Shown in pieces: positions 19,691 through 29,582 of a stretch of 64,000 nt of DNA. The DNA is from an uncultured bacterium (GTDB lineage: Bacteria > Actinomycetota > Acidimicrobiia > Spongiisociales > UBA5794): the NCBI GenBank assembly GCA_963801165.1, contig CAWDDT010000013.1, positions 224,001-288,000 on the forward strand. Reading direction: 5' to 3'. The notes beneath the pieces were generated by a model. The model ran no database searches, had not been told where the DNA came from, and saw only the letters and a list, made by a program, of their open reading frames with translations. Both the position numbers and the translations under genes were made by a program. How positions within the stretch are numbered: position 1 is the stretch's first letter; the number at the start of each line of letters is the position of its first letter.

Positions 19691-20422
19691 TCATGTCGCT
19701 CCCCCGCTCGGTCCGAATCGCTCCGTGAGCACACGCTCGGGGCGATGGCCGAGCTTCACCAGGGACGTGGCGACAGTCTCGACAAAGCCGGTGGGGCCGC
19801 AGACGCAGCAGAGCGGATCATCGCCGGCCGGCCAGGCCAGCTCGTCGAGCATTGCTTCGTCGACCCGCCGGCTCGGCCCTTTCCAGCCCGGCGGTTGAGA
19901 CCGAGTGAGGGTGTGCACCACGCTGATCCCCGGGTCGTCCCGCGCCAGGGTGTCGAGCTCGTCGCGGTAGATGATGTCGTCGTAGGATCGCGACGAGGCC
20001 AGGTAACGGACTGGCACGTCGCTGCCGGTCGCGACCCGGGCCCTGAGCATCGCCATGAGCGGCACCACCCCGCTGCCCCCTCCGAGAAGCTGAAGCGGCC
20101 CGCCCCGGCCCGGCTCCCACACGAAGTACCCGCCGATCGGTCCCCTCACCTCGATGCGGTCAGCAACGAGCAACCCGTCGATCAGGTAGCCGGACACCTC
20201 ACCCTCGTCGACCTGCTCGACCGTGATCGTCAGCCGGTCGCCGTCGGCCGGGGTAGCGATCGAGTAGCTGCGCTGAGCCTGGTAGCCGTCTTCGGCGGTG
20301 AGCCGCAGATCGAGGTGCTGGCCGGGCCGGTGGCCGGGCCAGCCCGGGCAGTCGAGCACGATGCTGCGCACCCTGGGCGTCTCGTCGATGAAAGCGACAA
20401 CGGTGGCGACGAGCCAGTTCAA
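19691..20422 (-). CDS. Ferredoxin-reductase-like FAD/NAD(P) oxidoreductase
   Basis: PGQH, RSYSIA, GEVS, GGSGVVP, VCGP; TTG start overlaps the upstream stop. Confidence 0.9.
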   Translation of the reverse strand: MNWLVATVVAFIDETPRVRSIVLDCPGWPGHRPGQHLDLRLTAEDGYQAQRSYSIATPADGDRLTITVEQVDEGEVSGYLIDGLLVADRIEVRGPIGGYFVWEPGRGGPLQLLGGGSGVVPLMAMLRARVATGSDVPVRYLASSRSYDDIIYRDELDTLARDDPGISVVHTLTRSQPPGWKGPSRRVDEAMLDELAWPAGDDPLCCVCGPTGFVETVATSLVKLGHRPERVLTERFGPSGGAT

Positions 20423-21018
20423 TCGCCCTCGAATCTCTGCTCCAGCCAAGGGTCGCCGTGGTTGTGGTAGCCGTACGATTCCCAGAACCCGGGACGGTCG
20501 GTGTCCGACAAGGTCATGCCCTCGACCCATTTGGCGCTCTTCCAGAAGTACAAGTGCGGGACGAGGAGACGGGCCGGGCCGCCATGCTCCGGCTCGAGCG
20601 GCCGGCCCTCGTAGGCAATGGCGATCATCGCCTTGCCAGCGGCGATGTCGTCACGGTCGAGGTTGGTGGTGTAGCCGCCGGTGCAGTGGAACAGAGCGTG
20701 GGTTCCGGGGAACTCGCCGAGGATGGTGTCGAGCGACACACCTTCCCAGGTGGTGTCGAGCTTGGTCCACTTGGTGACGCAGTGAATGTCGACGGTGATC
20801 TTCTGCATCGGGAGACTGGTGAACTCCTGCCATGCCCAGCTCGCCTCTTCGCCGTTGCCGCCGGTGATGGAGAAACGCCATTGCTCCTCCCGGATCCGCG
20901 GTGTCGGCCCGGCGGATAGCACCGGAAAGCCCGTCTCCAGGTACTGGCCGGGCGGCACCCGATCCGCCGGCCCCTCTGCCCGACCCCGGCGCCGGAAACC
21001 CCGGTTGACGATGCTCAT
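20419..21018 (-). CDS. Sulfite oxidase-like molybdopterin oxidoreductase
   Basis: VPPGQY, DIHCVTKW, EHGGPARL..PHLYFWKSAKW, GFWE..GYH. Confidence 0.93.
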   Translation of the reverse strand: MSIVNRGFRRRGRAEGPADRVPPGQYLETGFPVLSAGPTPRIREEQWRFSITGGNGEEASWAWQEFTSLPMQKITVDIHCVTKWTKLDTTWEGVSLDTILGEFPGTHALFHCTGGYTTNLDRDDIAAGKAMIAIAYEGRPLEPEHGGPARLLVPHLYFWKSAKWVEGMTLSDTDRPGFWESYGYHNHGDPWLEQRFEGD

Positions 21019-21236
21019 GACACACGCCCGGGGAGCCGGCGTTCCGGCTGCGTGCGTTTCGGTCCAATGGTCATCGCGGGTCCCTTCACTGGTGAGTGCG
21101 ATGCAACGCTACCGCGGGGTGAGCCGCCGGACGACGGTGGGTGCCGGCCGGGCTGTTCCGGGTGCCCACGCCGCAGAAAACCGTCTAATCGAACAGCGCC
21201 GGCTCGCCGATTTGACCGATACGCCATACTCCTGAC

Positions 21237-21749
21237 GTGAACCGTGAAGAACGCATTGAGAAGGCGCGCCGGATGGCTCGAGAGGGAGCCCCGCCGCGCG
21301 AGGATGTCGCCCGCAAGAGCGCCCACCAGCTCCATCAACGATTGTCGGATGTCGGCGCATCCCAAGCACAACGCCATGTGGCTGCTGCAGAGCAGTCGGG
21401 ACAAGCCGTCTATCTCGACCCCGTCGAGACACCTGAGGAGTGGGATCAAGCGGTGGAGCTGGCCCGACTGGTCACCATCTCGAGGGCGAAACGCCGCGAC
21501 ACGATCAGCTACGGGGAGATCAAGTGGGTGATCCTCACCGAGCTCAGGATGCTCGTCGGCCATTCGATGTTCCCCAACCTGATGGAAGCAGTGAACCAGA
21601 CGTCAGACGGTGTGCTGTTGTCGTCGGTCATCGTCAACAAGGACGACGGCAAGCCCGGTGCTGGCTTCCTTCCGTACGCCAGGAGCCTCGGGTTCGACCT
21701 GCCGGTAGAAGCACTACAACGCCAGGTATACGACCACTTCCGCTCGTAG
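21237..21749 (+). CDS. Hypothetical protein
   Basis: 170-aa ORF; C-terminal ISYGEI...LLSSVIVNK..GKPGAGF. Confidence 0.65.
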   Translation: MNREERIEKARRMAREGAPPREDVARKSAHQLHQRLSDVGASQAQRHVAAAEQSGQAVYLDPVETPEEWDQAVELARLVTISRAKRRDTISYGEIKWVILTELRMLVGHSMFPNLMEAVNQTSDGVLLSSVIVNKDDGKPGAGFLPYARSLGFDLPVEALQRQVYDHFRS

Positions 21750-21775
21750 CGACGGCGGGCCGACCGCGCCCGCAA

Positions 21776-21993
21776 CCTTAATCCGCGTTCTCTCATCTCC
21801 TCTTCGCCTTCGCTCCGCCAACGTCAGCGACGCCACTTCTCCCGCAGGGAGAAGGAATTCATCCTCCCCCTGGGAGGATCGACCGGCCCGGAGAGCCAGG
21901 TAGAGGAGGGCCTTGCGAACAGGTCCAGATTCACAGAAAAGGGTGAAATCAACCTCTCCGTAACCCCTGACGCCCACATCCCGCGGATTGACG
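21776..21993. mobile_element. Putative MITE, copy B
   Basis: Colinear with 4471-4713; imperfect TIRs ccttaatccgcgt / ccgcggattgacg; flanks cgcaa / cgtaa. Confidence 0.6.
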
Positions 21994-22009
21994 CGTAAGG
22001 GGACCGTGC

Positions 22010-24355
22010 CTACCCGAGGGCGCGGTGGAGGAAGGCCGCCATCTGAGCTCTGGTTACGGGAGCGTTGGGACAGAACATGTCGTTGGTTGGCGGGTTGCAG
22101 CCCTTGGTGATCCCGGCCGCGGCTAGCTTGGCGATATCGCCTTCGAACACCGACCCGTCGTCATCGACGAACGAGTTACCGCCACCGTCGTCGGTCAACC
22201 CCAACGCCCGCACCAGGAACGCCGCCATCTGACCCCTGGTCACCACCGCACCCGGGCAGAACATGTCGTTGTCCGGCGGGTTGCAGCCCTTGGTGATACC
22301 GGTGTTACCCAACCACTGGATATCGGCGGCAAACACCGACCCGGCAGTATCGGTGAAGGTGACCGGCAGGCCCTGCATGATCTTGTCGACGAGCGCCCGA
22401 TGTAGGAACGCCGCCATCTGACCCCTCGTCACCGAATCGCCGGGACAGAACAGGTCGTTGTCCGGCGGATTACAACCCAGGGTGATGCCCTCGGCAGCCA
22501 GCCACTCAACATCTGCGAAGAAAGTATCGGTGGTCGGCACGTCGTCAAACGTCGGTGTTGTCGGTGTCTCGAACACGTCGGTGACATCGACGGTGACCGT
22601 CGCCATGTCGCTGCTCGAGCCGTTGCTCACCTCGACCGTGAGCGTGTAGGTCGGCGTGGTCTCGTAATCGAGGGCGGCAGCAGTGGTGATCGCACCCGTC
22701 GCCGCATCGATAGCGAAAACACTGCCGGTGTTTCCTGCCGTGAGCGAGTATGCGAGTGTGCCCGACCCGGACGCCGTCACCGTGCCGACCGAAGTCCCAA
22801 CGGCAACGTCCTCGGCCACGGTGAAGTTTGCATCGCTGGCGAGCACCGCCGCACCACAGCCCGCCGGCTCGCTGGTGAGCCACGGAGTGAAATCGATGTC
22901 GCCGTAGACACCATCGCCTGATCCGGTACCGGCACCAGAAGGTCCTGTGGCGCTCCCCCACCAGTTGTTCTCGAAGCTGAGGGTGCTGGATCCGGCTAAG
23001 TTGCTTGCCCCATCGTTGTTGCCGACGATGCAGTTGCCGGTCGATCCGACGAGGGTGACTCCGTCAAAGAACGCGAGTCCGGTCGCGGTCGACCCGACAA
23101 CCAGGTTGTTTGTGATCACATTCGGGTGGAGCTGGGTCAACGCGACCGCCTCGACATTGGGCCGAGCGTGGCCGGCGGGATCGACCCCAAACACGTTGTG
23201 GTCGATGTAGAGCCCGGTAGCCCCAACATCGCCGCTGCCATTAATCCCGTAGGTTGCGGATCCGAAGTAGTTGTCCCGGATCTCGTTCCCGTTCGCCAAG
23301 GCGCTGAGACTCACCTCGACTCCGGTGTTCATGGGTGCCGCCGCTCCTGCCGGGGTGGTGCCGAACACGTTGCCGACAACCTGGTTGTCGATAGCCATGA
23401 ATGAGGTGAGGTCGAGCTGCACCCCCGTGTCACCGCCGAAGTAGTTACGTTCGAGATCGTCGGAAACCCCGTCCATGTTGCTTCCCACCAGGTTTCTGAC
23501 GGCGAGTTGGCGCATGTACACCGACCCGCCGCCGAGTTGCGTGGCGCCATCGGCGGTGAACCCGAAGTAGTTGCCCGCAATCCAATGGTCGCTGCTGGCT
23601 GCGTCGCCGTTGATGAAGATGGCGTACGTGCCGGTGGTGCCGAAGACGTTGCGTTCGCCCAAGTCGCCGCTGGCGTCGCCGTCGGTACCGATGATCGTAT
23701 GCGAGGCGTTACTCTCGAGAACGATCGAGGTGGTGAAATCTCCGGCACCGAGATGGTTCTCGCCCGGTCCGTCGAGAGCGAAATGATTGCACGCGATGTG
23801 GTGGCCCGTCCCTTCGTACAGGTCGATGGCGGGAGTGAAGAAGGTGGAGTCGTCGCTGCCGAAGGCAAAGCCCCGAATGGTCGTGGCGCCTGTGGCGTTG
23901 GCAACGTTGAAAATGATGGCGCTCCCAGAAGTCGGTGCGCTTACGATCTCGATTCGCATGTAGGACGGCTCGGTTGCCGTGGCACACACGTTGGGCTGCG
24001 GGGCGTCGTTCTGCGGCTGGGTGGTCCCGTCGAGGTTCACCGCCTGGGTGATCGTGAGCGGGCCTCCGGTGAGAGTGAGACGGCACACCCCGCCCGGACA
24101 GGAGGCTGCGGGGATATCGAAGTTGATGGTGTCGGTACCAGGGTTGGCATTGGCAGCTGTGACCGCACCACGCAGGCTGCAGTCACCTGCCGCTGCGGTG
24201 CATGCGCTCAACGCCGCGTTGTCGACGACCGTGTCAACCACGTACGACGTTGCCGCTGCCGCAGGAACAGCAGTGGCAACGGTGACAAGAGACGCTACGG
24301 CCAGACCCACGGCGGCGGCCCAAACAACGATGCGGCGTCGAACGATTGCTGACAT
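22010..24355 (-). CDS. Surface protein paralog 1: CSLREA motif, beta-helix-like region, cadherin domain, 3 SLH
   Basis: Signal peptide, CSLRGAV, GNYFG repeats, ENNWWG, LDYET cadherin motif, three GCNPP..FCP..TR.QMAAFL repeats. Confidence 0.9.
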   Translation of the reverse strand: MSAIVRRRIVVWAAAVGLAVASLVTVATAVPAAAATSYVVDTVVDNAALSACTAAAGDCSLRGAVTAANANPGTDTINFDIPAASCPGGVCRLTLTGGPLTITQAVNLDGTTQPQNDAPQPNVCATATEPSYMRIEIVSAPTSGSAIIFNVANATGATTIRGFAFGSDDSTFFTPAIDLYEGTGHHIACNHFALDGPGENHLGAGDFTTSIVLESNASHTIIGTDGDASGDLGERNVFGTTGTYAIFINGDAASSDHWIAGNYFGFTADGATQLGGGSVYMRQLAVRNLVGSNMDGVSDDLERNYFGGDTGVQLDLTSFMAIDNQVVGNVFGTTPAGAAAPMNTGVEVSLSALANGNEIRDNYFGSATYGINGSGDVGATGLYIDHNVFGVDPAGHARPNVEAVALTQLHPNVITNNLVVGSTATGLAFFDGVTLVGSTGNCIVGNNDGASNLAGSSTLSFENNWWGSATGPSGAGTGSGDGVYGDIDFTPWLTSEPAGCGAAVLASDANFTVAEDVAVGTSVGTVTASGSGTLAYSLTAGNTGSVFAIDAATGAITTAAALDYETTPTYTLTVEVSNGSSSDMATVTVDVTDVFETPTTPTFDDVPTTDTFFADVEWLAAEGITLGCNPPDNDLFCPGDSVTRGQMAAFLHRALVDKIMQGLPVTFTDTAGSVFAADIQWLGNTGITKGCNPPDNDMFCPGAVVTRGQMAAFLVRALGLTDDGGGNSFVDDDGSVFEGDIAKLAAAGITKGCNPPTNDMFCPNAPVTRAQMAAFLHRALG

Positions 24356-24572
24356 TTCCCTACCTTCGATCCTCGACCTGGCCACTGGGAAGTTAGCCGA
24401 TGCTGTGAGCATGTGGAGGGCGAATCAGCCGTGAGGCACGACCCGTTCTGGCGTTGCAGACCGGAATATGTTCCGGTTTGCAACGCCAGAGTGGCGGGGC
24501 ACGGCTGTGGCGGCCGGGGTGATCGCCCGCGGCGGCCGAATCGACTCGAGCGCGGTGTCGAAGGGACGGGCG

Positions 24573-25586
24573 CTACGGGGCGGAGACGGCTGTGTGGCCG
24601 GCGACCCACTCGGCGGTGCGGGCCTCGGCGACGAGGGTTTCGGGATGGCCGGGCAGCAGCGCCGGCCAGACGTGGTACATGTCCGGGGCCACATGGAGGG
24701 TGACGTCGCAACCCCGGGAACGAGCCCGATCCACGAGCCGTGTCGAGTCGTCGAGGATCATCTCCCGCCCACCGGCGAACACGAGCAGCGGCGGGATACC
24801 GGTGTAATCGCCGTACATGGGTGATGCGTATGGATCCTTCGGGTCATGGTCGCCCAGGTACTCCGTGTTGGCCCGGATCTCACCGAGTGGGAGATAGTCG
24901 GTGCCGGCGTTGGTGACGATCGACCCTGCGGTGTGTTCCAGGTCGGTGTACGGCGAGAACAGGACCGCCCCTGCGGGAAGAGGATGCCCTTCGTCGCGAA
25001 GCCGGAGCAGCAGGGCGAGGCTCAATCCGCCACCGGCGGAATCGCCTGCGACGACGATCTCCTCGGGCCGTACCCCGCGCTCGAGGAGGGCGAGATAGAC
25101 GGCGAGGGCATCGTCGAGGGCGGCGGGGAACGGATGCTGCGGCGCCAGGCGATACTCGGGCACGTAGGTCTTGCATCCGATTGCCCAGGTGAGACGGGCC
25201 GCCCATCGTCGGTGGGTAGCGGCGCTCCCGGCCAGATAGCCGCCGCCGTGGAAATAGAGAAGGGTGCAGCGGTTGGTGAGGGTCGTATCGGTGCGCTCAT
25301 GCCACTCCCCTGCGACCCCTCCGACCATCTCCGGCCGCACCCGCATCACCGAACGGAGCCGGCGCGGCAGCGACGGGTCGAACCCGGCTTCGAGCTTCGC
25401 CCGTGCTCGACGGTCGGGATGTGCTCGGGTGCTCATGATGAAAGAACGCAGCGCGACCACCCGCAGCTCAACGGTCCAGCTCCATCCAGGCACCGCGGGT
25501 CCACGGCGCAGTCGACGGCCGATGGCGCGAATGACGGCGACGACAACCAGGGCCAGGAGTCGAAGCGTGAGAGCAACCGTCCGCAT
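24573..25586 (-). CDS. Alpha/beta hydrolase (HSL-family esterase/lipase)
   Basis: HGGG, YRLAP.HPFPAA, GDSAGG, terminal HVW. Confidence 0.93.
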   Translation of the reverse strand: MRTVALTLRLLALVVVAVIRAIGRRLRRGPAVPGWSWTVELRVVALRSFIMSTRAHPDRRARAKLEAGFDPSLPRRLRSVMRVRPEMVGGVAGEWHERTDTTLTNRCTLLYFHGGGYLAGSAATHRRWAARLTWAIGCKTYVPEYRLAPQHPFPAALDDALAVYLALLERGVRPEEIVVAGDSAGGGLSLALLLRLRDEGHPLPAGAVLFSPYTDLEHTAGSIVTNAGTDYLPLGEIRANTEYLGDHDPKDPYASPMYGDYTGIPPLLVFAGGREMILDDSTRLVDRARSRGCDVTLHVAPDMYHVWPALLPGHPETLVAEARTAEWVAGHTAVSAP

Positions 25587-25709
25587 CGTTCCAAGTTACT
25601 GCAGTCCGGCTGCATCGAAACCACGTGCGTACTTTGCTAGCGCCGCCGGGGGTCCAGACAACGAATCGGGCGTCACAGCGACAGCGGCGAGCGCGTTACG
25701 TTGGTGGTT

Positions 25710-26198
25710 ATGACTGCATCCGACACCGACCTCGAGATGATCCGTCGTGCCATCGCCCTCGCTGCTTCGGCCCGCAGCAACGGCAACCATCCCTTCGGCG
25801 CATTGCTCACGAACGACCAAGGCGAAGTGATCGCCGAGGCCGAGAACACGGTGGTGACCGACCGTGACATCACCGGCCATGCCGAGACCAACCTGGTCAG
25901 GATCGCCTGGAGCCGCTACCCGGAAGACGTGCTGGCGAAAGCAACCCTGTACACCAGCACCGAGCCGTGTGCGATGTGCTCCGGCGCCATCTACTGGGCC
26001 GGGATCCCCCGGGTCGTCTACGGGCTGCCGGAGACTGCGCTCGCCGCGATGACCGGGGACGACCCGAACAATCCCACGCTCGTGCTTTCATCCGAGTTGG
26101 TTCTCAATTCCGGCACGCGAAAGGTGGAAGTGGTTGGCCCCCTCCTCGCCGAAGAGGCAGCCAAAGTGCACGCCGGGTTCTGGAGGGCCGAAGTCTGA
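25710..26198 (+). CDS. Nucleoside/nucleobase deaminase (CDA-like Zn fold)
   Basis: PFGA, HAE, STEPCAMC. Confidence 0.92.
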   Translation: MTASDTDLEMIRRAIALAASARSNGNHPFGALLTNDQGEVIAEAENTVVTDRDITGHAETNLVRIAWSRYPEDVLAKATLYTSTEPCAMCSGAIYWAGIPRVVYGLPETALAAMTGDDPNNPTLVLSSELVLNSGTRKVEVVGPLLAEEAAKVHAGFWRAEV

Positions 26199-26225
26199 TC
26201 GCGGCCGGTGTTTCGGCGGCGCCGG

Positions 26226-28577
26226 CTACGGACCGAGCGCCCGATGCAGGAACGCTGCCATCTGGGCCCTGGTAACCGGATCGTTGGGACAGAACATGTC
26301 GTTGGTTGGAGGGTTGCAGCCCTTGGTGATCTCTGCCGCGGCCAGCTTGGCGATATCGCCTTCGAACACCGAACCGTCGTCATCGACGAACGAGTTGCCC
26401 CCGCCGTCGTCGGTCAGCCCCAACGCCCGTACCAGGAACGCCGCCATCTGACCCCTGGTCACCGAATCATTCGGGCAGAACATGTCGTTGACCGGGGGAT
26501 TGCAACCCTTGGTAACGCCGACTGCACCTAGCCAGTCGATGTCGGCCGCAAACACCGAGCCGGATGAATCGTTGAACGTCACCGGGGCCCCGGCGGTGAG
26601 CACGCCGCCGAGCGCCCGATGCAGAAACGCCGCCATCTGGCCCCTGGTCACCGAATCACTGGGACAGAACAGAGTGTTGGTCGGCGGATTGCAGCCCTTG
26701 GTGATTCCCTCTGCTGCCAACCACTCCACATCGGCGTAGAAGGTATGCGTGCTTGGCACGTCGTCAAATGTAGGAGCCGGCGGCGGCTCGACCACATCGG
26801 TGACGTTGATGGTGATGGTTGCGGTGTCGCTCAACGAGCCGTCGCTCACCAGCACGGTGAGGACGTACTGGGGGGTGGTTTCGAAGTCGAGTGCGGTCGT
26901 GGTGGTGATCACACCTGTCGCCGGGTCGATTGCGAACGCATTGCCGGTGTTCCCCGCAGTGATGGAGTACTCGAGAGTGCCGGAACCCGTCGCAGTCACC
27001 GTTCCCACGTTCGTTCCCACTGCGGCATCTTCGGCCACGCTGAAGCCAGCGTCGCCTACGACGACGGGCACACCGCAGGCAGCCGGGGCGCTGGTGAGCC
27101 ACGGGGTGAAGTCGATGGCGGAACTCACGCTGTCACCCGCTCCGGTACCTGCGCCAGAGGGCCCTGACGCACTCCCCCACCAGTTGTTCTCGAGAGTGAC
27201 GCCGCTGCCGGTGGTGTTGGTTGCCCCGGCAGTGTTGCCCGCGATGCAGTTGCCGATCGAACCGCTGCCGACAGCGGCGGTGTCAGCCAGCGACAACCCT
27301 GCGGTCGTGGAGCCGACAATCCGGTTGTTCGAAATCACAGACGACCCGACGCCAAACAACTTGATCGACGTGCCGTTCGGACGGGAGCTGCCATCGGGAC
27401 CGGCTCCGAGCACGTTGCCGTCGACCAGAAAGCCGATGCCAGCCGTGTCGCCGCTCACGGCGATTCCGACGCTCGCTGCACCGATGTAGTTGTCCCGGAT
27501 CTCGTTGCCGCTCGACGTTGCCAGGAGACCGTTGACCTCAACAGCGGTGGTCATAGGCGCAACCGCGCCGGTTGGGGTGATACCGAACACGTTGCCGACA
27601 ACCTCATTGTCGACAATCGGGAACGTCGACCCATCGATAAGGACCCCTGTAGCGCCACCGAAGTAATTGCGCTCGAGATCGTCGGAGGTACCGTCCATAT
27701 TGCTGCCCACCACGTTCCCGGTGGCGATCTGACGCATGAACACCGGCCCGCCGCCGAGCTGGGTTGCCCCGTCTGCGGTGAACCCGATGTAGTTGCCTGC
27801 CACCGTGTGGTCGCTGCTACCGGAATCGCCGTTGATGTATATGGCTTGGGGCCCGGTATCACCGAAGACGTTGCGTTCCGCAAGGTCGTCGATGCCGTCA
27901 CCGTCGGTCCCGATGATCACATGCGACGCGTCGACCTCGAGATCGATCTGGTTGGTGAAGTCACCCGTGCCGAGGTGATTCTCGCCGGGGCCGTCGAGGG
28001 CGAAATGGTTGCATGCGATCTGGTGGCCCGTTCCGTTGTTCATGAAGATGCCCGGGGTGAAGAAGGTGGAATCGTTGCTCCCGAATGCGAAGCCCCGGAC
28101 GGTTGTAGCGCCGGTGGCGTTCTCGACGCTGAAGACGGTGGCGCTACCAGACGTGGGGTCGCTGACGATCTCGATTCGCATATACGACGGCTCGGTTTCG
28201 GTCGCACACACATTGGGCTGCGGGGCGTCGTTCTGCGGCTGGGTGGTCCCATCGAGGTTCACCGCGTCGGTGACCGTCATCGGACCTTCGGTGAGAGTGA
28301 GCCGGCACACGCCACCGGGGCAGGAGGCGGCCGGGATGTCGAAGTCGATCGTGTCGACCCCGACGTTGGCGTTGGCGGCAGCCACCGCACCACGCAGGCT
28401 GCAGTCACCTGCCGCTGCGGTACATGCGCTCAACGCCGCGCTGTCGACGACGGTGTCGACCACATACGGGGTGGCGGCTGCCGCAGGCGGGGCGGTGATG
28501 ACGGTGACGAGCGGTGATGCGGCCAGGATCGCGGCAGCGACCCAGGCTGTGAGACGACGGCGAGAGGCTGCTGACAT
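26226..28577 (-). CDS. Surface protein paralog 2: CSLREA, cadherin, 3 SLH
   Basis: Same architecture and high similarity to 22010-24355. Confidence 0.9.
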   Translation of the reverse strand: MSAASRRRLTAWVAAAILAASPLVTVITAPPAAAATPYVVDTVVDSAALSACTAAAGDCSLRGAVAAANANVGVDTIDFDIPAASCPGGVCRLTLTEGPMTVTDAVNLDGTTQPQNDAPQPNVCATETEPSYMRIEIVSDPTSGSATVFSVENATGATTVRGFAFGSNDSTFFTPGIFMNNGTGHQIACNHFALDGPGENHLGTGDFTNQIDLEVDASHVIIGTDGDGIDDLAERNVFGDTGPQAIYINGDSGSSDHTVAGNYIGFTADGATQLGGGPVFMRQIATGNVVGSNMDGTSDDLERNYFGGATGVLIDGSTFPIVDNEVVGNVFGITPTGAVAPMTTAVEVNGLLATSSGNEIRDNYIGAASVGIAVSGDTAGIGFLVDGNVLGAGPDGSSRPNGTSIKLFGVGSSVISNNRIVGSTTAGLSLADTAAVGSGSIGNCIAGNTAGATNTTGSGVTLENNWWGSASGPSGAGTGAGDSVSSAIDFTPWLTSAPAACGVPVVVGDAGFSVAEDAAVGTNVGTVTATGSGTLEYSITAGNTGNAFAIDPATGVITTTTALDFETTPQYVLTVLVSDGSLSDTATITINVTDVVEPPPAPTFDDVPSTHTFYADVEWLAAEGITKGCNPPTNTLFCPSDSVTRGQMAAFLHRALGGVLTAGAPVTFNDSSGSVFAADIDWLGAVGVTKGCNPPVNDMFCPNDSVTRGQMAAFLVRALGLTDDGGGNSFVDDDGSVFEGDIAKLAAAEITKGCNPPTNDMFCPNDPVTRAQMAAFLHRALGP

Positions 28578-28907
28578 TTCCCTACCTTCGATCCTCGACG
28601 TGACCCTTGCGAAGCTAGCCGATGCTGGAGCAATGTGGTGGGCTCATCAGGCTATTGGCGTTTCACATGTCGGCCGGCAGTAGACAGAAGGGCTTTTCGG
28701 TGTCGATGCAGACGGTGCCGAAATGTCGCTCGCCGAGGGTCAGGATGTCGAGGGTGTGATGCCGGTGGGCGAGGAGCACGACTGAGACATCCGCTGCCCG
28801 ATCCTGAGCTCGCGGCAGCGATCGGCCATCGTGCGGATGGCTGCGATGTCGCCCGCTTCGAGCACAGCAAGGGCCCGGTACATATGCAGTGAGGCACCAT
28901 CCGGGGT

Positions 28908-29037
28908 TCAGGCGATACGGGTCACACCGGGGATGGCGTCGAATGCGCAGTCGAAGGTCAGGATCCGAGTGCAACCCAGCCGGCGCATCGTGGCGACATG
29001 GATGGCGTGACGGGCAGACACGCCGACACCGGCGAGC
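28908..29037 (-). pseudogene. vapC: 3' remnant of vapC
   Basis: Encodes LAGVGVSARHAIHVATMRRLGCTRILTFDCAFDAIPGVTRIA, matching the end of 40951-41346; 5' part absent. Confidence 0.8.
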
Positions 29038-29071
29038 GGCCAGATCGTCACGATGTCAACGGATTGCCGCG

Positions 29072-29443
29072 TCATCTGGCCCGGATCCTGCCGTCCCTGA
29101 TCTCCAGGACCTGACCCGGCGTGAACCCGGCGGCCAGACGCAGCTGCTCACCGGCCAACTCCGCCACCCAACCGTCGTCGTCATCGTCCCCGAGAAAACC
29201 CTGACGTCTGATCGCGTCACGGAACACCCCGACATAGCTCCTGGTGTCGAGCCCGGGATTGTCGATGACCGCAAAGGTGGTAGTTGCCTTCGAGCTGGCC
29301 AAACCGGCCATAGCGCGGTCACAGCCACAGTCGGGACAGTCGCAGCGATCGAAAGGCAGGCGCACCAGCTCGCCATCGACCGTCCAACTGAAGTCGTCCG
29401 AACGCTTCTTGGCACCGGGGCCGGCGGCTACAAAGACCTTCAT
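29072..29443 (-). CDS. Small Cys-rich hypothetical protein (actinobacterial, DUF7715-like)
   Basis: GAGGAGG RBS; DF.WTVDGELV, CDCPDCGCDRAMAGL.S.KATTT. Confidence 0.75.
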   Translation of the reverse strand: MKVFVAAGPGAKKRSDDFSWTVDGELVRLPFDRCDCPDCGCDRAMAGLASSKATTTFAVIDNPGLDTRSYVGVFRDAIRRQGFLGDDDDDGWVAELAGEQLRLAAGFTPGQVLEIRDGRIRAR

Positions 29444-29582
29444 CGAATCCTCCTCGTGATGGGTAATGCCAAGGTACGGACCGGTAATGACACGTTCTGC
29501 CGGAGCGCCCGAGCGTCATCCAATCGCCGCGTATTCGCGCCGTGGTGGGTTCCGTGTCCGTCCTATGCGATAGGGTGCCAAG

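Larger units (their letters stand above)
28871..29496. repeat. Direct repeat of 40914-41080 joined to 42535-42994
   Basis: Near-identical sequence read directly; junction at ~29037 skips ~1.45 kb present in the second copy. Confidence 0.9.
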
